From Acidobacteriota bacterium (GTDB lineage: Bacteria; Acidobacteriota; UBA890; WLXD01), in contig CBDFKD010000002.1 in the NCBI GenBank assembly GCA_965248695.1, forward strand, positions 2,528,001-2,592,000: a DNA stretch of 64,000 bases, in the 5' to 3' direction. Under the pieces are notes generated by a model. The model was not told the DNA's origin and did not search any database. It saw only the letters and a list, made by a program, of their open reading frames with translations. Within the stretch, counting starts at the first letter, position 1; each line of letters opens with the position of its first letter. Below are positions 29,574 to 37,449 of this stretch, one piece after another. The position numbers and the translations under genes were made by a program.

Positions 29574-30124
29574 CGGAGCATACCTCGCTGCGGGTCCATG
29601 ACGACCTGCAGCTGCTTGCGGGCGCGGTGCAGATGAGTCCGGACCGTTCCCTCGGCGATGCCGAGCATGCGCGCAGCTTCCACGCTCGTGAAGCCCTCGA
29701 TCTCGCACAAACGGACACACGCCTGCTGCATCGGGGCAAGCGCCTCGATGGCGCGCCCGGCATCACCGGTGGCGACGGGATCCACCTCGATACGCGCTGG
29801 CGGCTCGGTTTCCAGAAGCGTGAGTGGCGCCAGGGCAGCGCGTCGACCGTCCTTGCTGATCGCGGTGCGCGCCACGTTACGGACGATGGCGTAGAACCAG
29901 GCGCTGAACGGGCGGCGGTCGTCGTAATCGGCCAGGGAGCGTACGGCGCGGTGGAACGCGTCCTGCACGACGTCCTCGGCATCCTCGACGCATCGCGCGT
30001 ACTGCCAGGCGAGCACCATGGCGGGGCGCAGATAGCGCCGGGCGAGGGCGTCATAGGCGACGGCATCGCCGCACTTGGCCGCCCGCGCCAGGTCCTCACC
30101 GGTACGCTCGCCTGCATCGCTCAT
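29570..30124 (-). CDS. ECF RNA polymerase sigma factor
   Basis: DAEDVVQDAF, FSAWFYAIVRN, EG....EAA.MLGI.EGTVRTHLHRAR. Confidence 0.93.
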   Translation of the reverse strand: MSDAGERTGEDLARAAKCGDAVAYDALARRYLRPAMVLAWQYARCVEDAEDVVQDAFHRAVRSLADYDDRRPFSAWFYAIVRNVARTAISKDGRRAALAPLTLLETEPPARIEVDPVATGDAGRAIEALAPMQQACVRLCEIEGFTSVEAARMLGIAEGTVRTHLHRARKQLQVVMDPQRGMLR

Positions 30125-30176
30125 GGCTCCGTCCCGGGAGCATACGTCAGCGGCTCCCAGGACCCGGCCAAATCCG

Positions 30177-30548
30177 TCAGTGTTGCTCGGCGCCGTGATG
30201 CGGCTCTGCCGACATGGAACTGCCCATCGCCTCGTGGATCATCTTGCCGAGCTTTTGCTGCTGCTCGGGCGTCAACTCGGCAGCGATGACCCCGTGGAGT
30301 CGATGCAGCTCCTGCATGGCTGCAAACGCCTGCGTGAACGGAGCGGTAATCGCCTCCCGCTGGTCGGCGGTGAGCTCGAGGTGCTTGGCGATCTCGTCGA
30401 AATGGGCTTGCGGGTCGTCGGCCGTACCGTGCTGTCCATGACCATGTTGGGCCTCGGCCACCAGACCGCCCGGATGCATGGCTCCGACTGCCAGTGCCAG
30501 TACGGCGATCAGCATCCCGGTCATCAACGCGCGGTGCAGTGTCCTCAT
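30177..30548 (-). CDS. His/Met-rich secreted helical protein (Spy/CpxP-like)
   Basis: Signal peptide ending AEA; QHGHGQHG; LELTADQ and LTPEQQ repeats; His-rich tail; GGAG RBS before ATG 30548. Confidence 0.65.
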   Translation of the reverse strand: MRTLHRALMTGMLIAVLALAVGAMHPGGLVAEAQHGHGQHGTADDPQAHFDEIAKHLELTADQREAITAPFTQAFAAMQELHRLHGVIAAELTPEQQQKLGKMIHEAMGSSMSAEPHHGAEQH

Positions 30549-30722
30549 CGGTGTCTCTCCCGTTGCCTGCGTGTAGGTGCCGGTCCCGTCAGATCGGGAC
30601 ACGCTTCACCAACCTGTACTCGCCAAACCGGCGAACCGTTGACACGCGCGTCGCGCCGGCGTCGAAACTGAGATCCTGAGGCCCCTCCGCTGCGGCGGAG
30701 CCGGCCCACGTCGCGCGGCTGA

Positions 30723-31037
30723 CTAGGCCGTGGCTGCGCCGGCGTGGAACCGTGTCGGGGTGGCGATCACGATCTGGTACTCGGCGTAGTAGCGGTCCTT
30801 GCCGCGTTGCTGCGCGGCCACGTGCTCAGGATGCGTCCGCCAGGCGGTCTGGGATTCCTCGGAGTCGAAGATCACGATGCTGAGGCGCTCACCATCCGCA
30901 CCGCTATAGGGCGCAATCGAGACAAACCCCGGCATATCGCGGGCCAGACCGTAAATATGCGCCAGATCATCCTCGTACTCCGCCAGGCCGGCGGCACCGA
31001 GATCGTCACGCAGACGGCTCCAGAACAACGTGACCAC
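30723..31037 (-). CDS. Antibiotic biosynthesis monooxygenase (ABM) family protein
   Basis: MPGFVS, W..HPEH..AQ..G...YY..Y; AAGGA RBS before GTG 31037. Confidence 0.85.
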   Translation of the reverse strand: MVTLFWSRLRDDLGAAGLAEYEDDLAHIYGLARDMPGFVSIAPYSGADGERLSIVIFDSEESQTAWRTHPEHVAAQQRGKDRYYAEYQIVIATPTRFHAGAATA

Positions 31038-31267
31038 ATGTTCCTTGCTAATCACGGGCGGTCCAACCAAGGGCGGCTCCTCCGGGTGGGGCGCAGCGGC
31101 GCCGTTCGGCAAGAGTCTAGATGACCACCGCGCTATCGCGTGCGCCGCAGCGGCACAGTGGATCTCGGCTCCCACGTTGAAAGCTGCCCAAGCAAACCAG
31201 AACGCCGTGGATGCTAGGTTACGGGGTCGAGTCACTTGCGCGACAGCTGTCGCGGAACCGAGGTCGC

Positions 31268-32125
31268 ATGCACCTATCTCGATGTCGCCGGCTCCTGGTA
31301 CCGGCCACGAGCCTGTTGATGCTGCTGGTGCCAGGTCTACAGGACGAGGCGCGGGCCGGTGGGTGGACGCTGTCGCGCGGCACCACCTGGCTGCGAACCG
31401 GATTCATGGTGCAGATCACCGACGAGCGCTACTTCATCGACGGCAGCCGGATTCCGTACTTCTTCGAGGGCCACAATCAGACGCTGGCCGCCTTTGTCGA
31501 TCTCCGCCACGGCATCACGGATCGCCTCGAGGCCGCCGTCCAGCTGCCGTTCTTCGGCATCTCGTTCGACGATCTCGCCGCCGAGCGCAACACCACTGGC
31601 ATTGGCGATCTACGTCTGGGGCTGCGCTACAACCTGTTGCCGGGGCCCGTGGTGGCTACCGTCGGGGCAACGGTCAAGTTCCCCACCGGCGAGTTCGTCA
31701 ACGACGCCGAGATCGTGCCCGTAGGCGAGGGCCAGTACGACTTCGAGGTGACCGCCGAGGTGGCCCGCTCGCTGTGGCCGCGTCCGGGCTACGTCACCGC
31801 TCTGATCGGCTACCGGTGGCGCACGCCGAACGCCGAAACCGGCATCCATCACGGCGACGAGGTGCTCTGGAGCTTCGAGGCGGGCTACGGAGTGCTCCCG
31901 GGAGTCATGCTCAAGGCTCTGATTCGAGGCCTGCACGGTCTCGAGACCACTAGCTTCGGGCTAGCGTTGCCCTCGCTCGAGCGTCGCGTGGTCTACCTCG
32001 AGCCCGGCGTGCTGCTGGAACTGTCGCCGCGCCGGACGTTGGAGGTGTCGGTGCCGATGAGCCTGAGCGGGCAGAACTGGCCCGCCGGGCCGGTCTTCAA
32101 CGTCGGGGTCTTCCAGACTTTCTAG
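31268..32125 (+). CDS. Putative outer-membrane beta-barrel protein
   Basis: Signal peptide, alternating beta-strand pattern, GIGDLRLG.RY, VKFPTG, C-terminal Phe. Confidence 0.7.
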   Translation: MHLSRCRRLLVPATSLLMLLVPGLQDEARAGGWTLSRGTTWLRTGFMVQITDERYFIDGSRIPYFFEGHNQTLAAFVDLRHGITDRLEAAVQLPFFGISFDDLAAERNTTGIGDLRLGLRYNLLPGPVVATVGATVKFPTGEFVNDAEIVPVGEGQYDFEVTAEVARSLWPRPGYVTALIGYRWRTPNAETGIHHGDEVLWSFEAGYGVLPGVMLKALIRGLHGLETTSFGLALPSLERRVVYLEPGVLLELSPRRTLEVSVPMSLSGQNWPAGPVFNVGVFQTF

Positions 32126-32213
32126 CAGGCTCGAATCAGGCTGAGTCGACGTGCCAGGCCCACCGGAGGCGTCGAACATCGCTAGGGAGCGCGGGCGATC
32201 TCTCGCGCGCTGC

Positions 32214-33227
32214 CTACATCCAGTCGGGCACCGGCAGATTGTTGTCGCGCAGGAACGCCGGGTTGAAGAGCTTGCTCTGATACCGCTGGCCACCGTCGCC
32301 GAGGATCGTCACGATCGTGTGACCGGGTCCAAGCTTCTCGGCCAGGCGCATCGCGCCGGTGACGTTGATCGCGCTCGACCCTCCCAAACACAGGCCGTCG
32401 TTCTTCAGCAGCTCGAAGAGCACCGGCAGCGCTTCAGCATCGGAGACGCGGAGGGGCACGTCGATGCGCGCCTCGGCGACGTTACCCGTGATCCGACTTT
32501 GCCCGATGCCCTCGGCGATCGAGCTGCCCTCGCTCTCGAGCTGTCCATCGGTGAAGTACCGGTACATCGCGGCACCCATCGGATCGGCAAGCCCGATGGT
32601 CAGGTCCGGGCTCACCTCCTTCAGATACTTGCTGATTCCCCCCATCGTGCCGCCGGTGCCAATGGCGCAGATGAAAGCGTCGAGCTTGCCGTCAGTCTGA
32701 CACCAGATCTCCGGCCCCGTGGTGCGGTAGTGCGCGCCCCAGTTGGCGGGGTTGTCCCACTGGTTCGCCCACAGCACTCCGCTCGACTCGGTCTCGGCCT
32801 TCTCGGCCGCAACCCGCTCCGACACGCGCACGTAGTTGCCCGGCTCCTTGTAGGGCGCCGCCGGCACCTCCATGACCTCTGCACCGCACAACCGGAGCAT
32901 GTCCTTCTTCTCCTGACTCTGGTTGTCGGGCATGACGATGAGGGTTCGATAGCCTCGGGCATTGGCCACCAGCGCCAGGCCGATGCCGGTGTTCCCGGCA
33001 GTGCCTTCGACGATCAATCCGCCAGGGCGCAGCGTTCCGTCGATCTCGGCCTGCTGGATCATCGAGAGCCCGGCGCGATCCTTGACCGAGCCTCCCGGGT
33101 TCAGGAATTCGGCCTTGCCGAGGATCTCGCAGCCGGTGGCCTCGGAAGGGCCCGGCAGGCGGATCAGCGGCGTGTTGCCGACCGTGCCGACGAAACCGTC
33201 TCGCATCTGGACATCGCTCGCGCTCAT
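32214..33227 (-). CDS. cysK: Cysteine synthase A-type PLP enzyme
   Basis: GNTPLIRL, KAEFLNPGGSVKDR, EGTAGNTGIG, GTGGT; adjacent to cysE. Confidence 0.9.
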   Translation of the reverse strand: MSASDVQMRDGFVGTVGNTPLIRLPGPSEATGCEILGKAEFLNPGGSVKDRAGLSMIQQAEIDGTLRPGGLIVEGTAGNTGIGLALVANARGYRTLIVMPDNQSQEKKDMLRLCGAEVMEVPAAPYKEPGNYVRVSERVAAEKAETESSGVLWANQWDNPANWGAHYRTTGPEIWCQTDGKLDAFICAIGTGGTMGGISKYLKEVSPDLTIGLADPMGAAMYRYFTDGQLESEGSSIAEGIGQSRITGNVAEARIDVPLRVSDAEALPVLFELLKNDGLCLGGSSAINVTGAMRLAEKLGPGHTIVTILGDGGQRYQSKLFNPAFLRDNNLPVPDWM

Positions 33228-33877
33228 TCGTGCTCCAGTTCATCCAGCCGCTTGCGCAGCGTGCTCAGCTCATCGGTGAGGGTGTCGAGTGCCCGGGCAA
33301 CAGGATCCGGAACGTCGGCGCCCGGGGTCCCATAGGCGCGAAAACCCGGCCCCGAGGATCGACCTTGCATCGGGCGAGCGGGCACACCGGCCACGGTCAC
33401 ACCCGACGGGACCTCTTTCAAGACTACGGCGTTGGCGGCTATGCGCGCTCCCGCGCCCACGGTGAACGGGCCCAGCACCTTGGCACCGGCACCGACGATC
33501 ACGCCGTCTTCCAGCGTCGGATGTCGTTTACCGACATCCAGGGTTACGCCTCCGAGCGTCACACCCTGGTACAGGGTGACGTCGTCGCCGATGACGGTGG
33601 TCTCGCCGATCACGCACCCCACTCCATGATCGATGAACAGCCGGCGACCGAGCTCGGCTCCAGGATGGATCTCGATGCTGGTGAGAAAGCGGCCGACATG
33701 CGAGACCATCCGCGCCAGGAAACAGAGGCCGGTACGATGGAGGCGGTTGGCGAGACGATGGATCAAGACAGCGTGGACGCCCGGGTAGGCGAACAGCACG
33801 GTCAGCCGCGAGCAGGCGGCCGGGTCGTGCGCCATGATGGCGTCGACATCTTCTCGGACAGCGCGCCAGAGCTTCAT
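33224..33877 (-). CDS. cysE: Serine O-acetyltransferase
   Basis: DPAA....YPG.HA, IEIHPGA..G..LFIDHG, QGVTLGG, KRHPT. Confidence 0.93.
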   Translation of the reverse strand: MKLWRAVREDVDAIMAHDPAACSRLTVLFAYPGVHAVLIHRLANRLHRTGLCFLARMVSHVGRFLTSIEIHPGAELGRRLFIDHGVGCVIGETTVIGDDVTLYQGVTLGGVTLDVGKRHPTLEDGVIVGAGAKVLGPFTVGAGARIAANAVVLKEVPSGVTVAGVPARPMQGRSSGPGFRAYGTPGADVPDPVARALDTLTDELSTLRKRLDELEHE

Positions 33878-33932
33878 CTCAGATCTCCAAAGCGGTCGCT
33901 GATGATGGTATCCACCGGCAACGGTTCGGGGA

Positions 33933-36002
33933 TCAGTCGCAGGCGCTGCAGTTGTCGTTGTTGACGCCGCCGAGGCTCTCCAGTAGGCCGACCGTCTCGG
34001 GGTAGGGCTGCACGCGCTGGTGCGGGCTGTTGGCCATATCGACCGTCGTCTGCCCTTTGCGGCTGACGACCATAATATCGGCGCCCTGAGCGACGAGATA
34101 CTCGACGAGCGTGTTGTCGCCGCGTGCCGCCGCGTTGTGCAGGGCCGAGTAGCCGGCGTGATCACGGACGTCGACGTCGACGCCGAGCTCCTCGATCAGA
34201 TACCTCGCCGCCGGAATCCAGCCGTCGGGCACGTAACGATGCTGCTGGCCGACGCGCGACGTTCCGTAGCCCACGCCGGTTGCGGCGTGCAGCGCATGCA
34301 CCGCCGGACCGCCGACGGGAATCGGTGGCAACCCGGACTTGTCCTTGTCTTCCTCTTTTTCTTCCGCCGTTTGCTGCGCACCACGTGGTCCGGCGCCATC
34401 GAAGCGGCGACGACGCTCGGCCGGCTTCTTCGTGCGAATGTCCGGGTCCGCTCCGGCAGCCATCAGCCGGCGCATCGCGGTGACGTCCAGCGAGTACGCG
34501 GCGCGCCAGAAGGGCGTCGCCCCGGCGAAGTCGACGCCCATGCGGCCGGCGTTGTAGGCGGCGTACCAGACATGCGTGTTGACCCGCGCATCGGGGTCGG
34601 CGCCGGCGTCCAGCAGGGTGTCCATGAGCTCGAGATAGGAGATCTGCTGCTGCTTCGACGCCGTCGGCTGCGGGTACCAGGTGCGCAGCGCCCATTCGTT
34701 GTTGATCGTTGCGAAGAGCGGCCCGACGCCGTCCTCGCTGACCAGGTTGGGATCGGCTCCGACCCCCAGCATCATCATAGCCAGATCGAAGTTGCCGTTG
34801 ATGATAGCCACCAGCAGCGGCGTCGAGCCGTCGCCGGCGGTCGTCTGGTTGACGTCGGCACCGGCCTCGAGCAGTAGCGCGGCCACATCGGTGCGGCCGT
34901 CACGCGCCGCGTAGTGCAACGCTGTCATGCCGCCCTGGGCGCCTACGAGATCGTTGTACGAGGGCGGTTCCGGCTCCTCCGGCTTGTCGGGATCTTCAGG
35001 CTCCTCGGCGCCCGGTTGCGGCTCGGCATCCGGTACGGTGGTCGGAGCGTCGGGGTCCTGGTTGGCCGGGTCTGCGCTGTCCGGGTCTGCGCTGTCTGTG
35101 TCTGCGCTGTCCGACTCTGGGCTGTCCAGGTCCGGTCCATCCGGCACTGTCGTTGGCTGGTCGGGCTCCTCCGGGAGCTCGCTCTCGCCGGTCTCGGGAC
35201 CACGAGTCTCCGTGTCAGGATCCTCAGCGTCGGGAGTCTCGGCCGCGGGGACCTCGGTCGGCTTGTCCGGCTCGTCGGGGACCGCGTCCGCTTCCTCGAC
35301 CTCCTCCTCCTCTTCGGGCTCCTTGGCGGCGTCAATGATGCGCTGCCGACGACGTCGCTCCACCGCGTCGGCCTCGGCGCGGGCGCGGTAGTCGATCACC
35401 CGGGTGGCAAGTCCGACGTCAGCGCCGGCGGTAAGCAGCGTTTCGACCGCTGCCGTTCGGCCTTTGGCGGTGGCAAAGATAAGCGGCGTACGTTCAGCTC
35501 GAGCGTCCTGCCCGTCGACGTCGGCTCCGCGTTCCAGCAACGCTCGGAGGGCGTCAGTGCTACCCGACTGCGCCGCCAGGTGGATGGCGCTCACTCCGGT
35601 CGCCGTGAGGGTCTCGGGCCGGCTTCCGGCCGCGAGCAACGCCGCCACCGCTTCAGCGCGGCCGTCGCGGCTGGCCAAGTGAAGCGGCGTGTAGCCGCCC
35701 AGCCGGGTCGTCGGTTCCACCACCGCGCCGGCGTACATCAGCACGCTGATCAGCTCGGCATCGTCGTTCATCGCAGCCCAGTGCAGCGCCGTCATGCCGT
35801 CACCGCGCGGCGCGTTGACGTCGGCACCGTCGCGCAACAGCGACCGCACGGTATCGCCGTCGCCGCGCATGGCCGCGTCGGCGACCGGCGCCTCGACTGC
35901 CGATGCCGACGGCATGGCGGCTGTCACCGGTAACGTGGCTGCTGCGGGCAAGGCCGCCAGAGCGAGAGCAGCGACGAACATAATGAGCCTGCGGTTACGC
36001 AT
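33933..36002 (-). CDS. Secreted ankyrin-repeat protein with acidic low-complexity insert
   Basis: Multiple G.TALH.AA / GADVN repeats; GATPFWRAA; C-terminal CSAC. Confidence 0.88.
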   Translation of the reverse strand: MRNRRLIMFVAALALAALPAAATLPVTAAMPSASAVEAPVADAAMRGDGDTVRSLLRDGADVNAPRGDGMTALHWAAMNDDAELISVLMYAGAVVEPTTRLGGYTPLHLASRDGRAEAVAALLAAGSRPETLTATGVSAIHLAAQSGSTDALRALLERGADVDGQDARAERTPLIFATAKGRTAAVETLLTAGADVGLATRVIDYRARAEADAVERRRRQRIIDAAKEPEEEEEVEEADAVPDEPDKPTEVPAAETPDAEDPDTETRGPETGESELPEEPDQPTTVPDGPDLDSPESDSADTDSADPDSADPANQDPDAPTTVPDAEPQPGAEEPEDPDKPEEPEPPSYNDLVGAQGGMTALHYAARDGRTDVAALLLEAGADVNQTTAGDGSTPLLVAIINGNFDLAMMMLGVGADPNLVSEDGVGPLFATINNEWALRTWYPQPTASKQQQISYLELMDTLLDAGADPDARVNTHVWYAAYNAGRMGVDFAGATPFWRAAYSLDVTAMRRLMAAGADPDIRTKKPAERRRRFDGAGPRGAQQTAEEKEEDKDKSGLPPIPVGGPAVHALHAATGVGYGTSRVGQQHRYVPDGWIPAARYLIEELGVDVDVRDHAGYSALHNAAARGDNTLVEYLVAQGADIMVVSRKGQTTVDMANSPHQRVQPYPETVGLLESLGGVNNDNCSACD
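35066..35125. repeat. 15-bp coding tandem repeat, 4 units (DSADP-like)
   Basis: ccgggtctgcgctgt x2, ctgtgtctgcgctgt, ccgactctgggctgt. Confidence 0.8.
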
Positions 36003-36025
36003 TCGTCACCTCGCGAACATGCCCC

Positions 36026-37441
36026 TCAGGGGCGTCCTGCATCCGGGTCGGAAACGGCGAAGGAGAACTCCCCGGTACTGTCACCAAAGCTATCGAGGTC
36101 GGAGACGCCGAGCTTGTTCAACAGCGTCAGCATCACGTTGGCCATCGGCGTGCCTTCCTCGGCGGCGACGTGTACCCCACCCTCCAGCTGGCCGTTGGCA
36201 CCGCCGAGGAGAATCAGCGGGCAGCGTCGGTGATTGTGCAGATTGCTGTCGGCCATCGGCGACCCATACATGATCAGCGTCTTGTCGAGCAGGTTGCTGT
36301 CGCCGTCGGTTGTCTCCTGCAGCTTTTGCAGGAAGTACGGGAGCATGCCGACGTGGTACTCGTTGATCTTGGCGTAGTTCATGATCTTGTCCTCGCGCCC
36401 ACCGTGGTGCGAGGCCACGTGGAACCCCTGATCAACGCCACTACCCGGATAGACGCGGCCGGATCCATCGCGCCCGAGCTTGAGCGAGAACACCCGCGTG
36501 ATGTCCGATGAAAAGGCCAACACCTGGAGGTCGAACATCAGCTTGACGTGCTCCTCGAACGAATCGGGCACTCCGGCGGGCGCCTCCGGCAGCTCACGCG
36601 GCCGACCGCTGGTGTTGCGCGCCTCGATGCGCTGGATGCGCTGCTCGATCTCGCGGATGCTGTCGACATAGCGGTCGAGCCGGAGCCGGTCGTCCGGACC
36701 GATCTCGCGTCGCAGCCCGGCCATCTCCTCCATCACCCAGTCGAGGATGCTGCGGTCTGCCCGACGGCGAGCAGCACGCTGCTCCGGCGTGCCGCCGGCG
36801 CCGAACATCTGCTCGAATGCGGCGCGCGGATCGCGCACCATCGGCAGCGGTTCCGACGGTGACGCCCACGAGATGGTATCGGTGTACACGCAGGCATAGC
36901 CGTAGGCGCAGCCGCCCGCCTGATCAACGTTCTCGATGCTCAGCTGCATGGACGGGATCGGCGTATCCCGACCGAATCGCTGTACGTACAGCTGATCCAT
37001 CGAGGTGCCGATGTAGACATCCGACCCTTCGGTGAGCTTCGGGTGGGCCTGGGTCAGGAAAACGGCGCTCGAGCGGAAGTGATCGCCTCCGATCTCGTCG
37101 GGATTCAGCGCGTCGGCCATCCTGGCGTCGGTGTTGCTGACGATGGTCAGGTAATCCTGGAACGGAGTGAGCGATTTCAGGCTGCCAGCGCTGAGGTCGA
37201 AGCCACGACCCACTTTCTCGGGCGCCCACAGGTTGAGCGATTCGCCCAGCTCGTTGCAGCCCGCCGCACCGTGCACCTGTTCGATACACACCATCCTGGT
37301 GTGCCCGGAGGCCTTGCCAGCGGCGGTCTCGGCCAGCAACGAGCGCGCCGGGATCATGGCGTCAAGCAACGGCACGCTGATTCCGGCGCCAAGCCCGCGA
37401 AGAACCGTGCGTCGGGAAAGGTGCTTCTTGGTGATGTACAT
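36026..37441 (-). CDS. DUF1552 family protein (Tat signal)
   Basis: LSRRTVLRG.G....P.LDAM, Y.CVY..TISW, LMFDLQVLAF..DITRV, H..SHH. Confidence 0.88.
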   Translation of the reverse strand: MYITKKHLSRRTVLRGLGAGISVPLLDAMIPARSLLAETAAGKASGHTRMVCIEQVHGAAGCNELGESLNLWAPEKVGRGFDLSAGSLKSLTPFQDYLTIVSNTDARMADALNPDEIGGDHFRSSAVFLTQAHPKLTEGSDVYIGTSMDQLYVQRFGRDTPIPSMQLSIENVDQAGGCAYGYACVYTDTISWASPSEPLPMVRDPRAAFEQMFGAGGTPEQRAARRRADRSILDWVMEEMAGLRREIGPDDRLRLDRYVDSIREIEQRIQRIEARNTSGRPRELPEAPAGVPDSFEEHVKLMFDLQVLAFSSDITRVFSLKLGRDGSGRVYPGSGVDQGFHVASHHGGREDKIMNYAKINEYHVGMLPYFLQKLQETTDGDSNLLDKTLIMYGSPMADSNLHNHRRCPLILLGGANGQLEGGVHVAAEEGTPMANVMLTLLNKLGVSDLDSFGDSTGEFSFAVSDPDAGRP

Positions 37442-37449
37442 CGTTGCCT

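Noticed and set aside
32122-32185. Two CTAG sites 60 bp apart, the first followed by CAGGC like the 11458 TIR
   Set aside because: No matching inverted end and no core motif.
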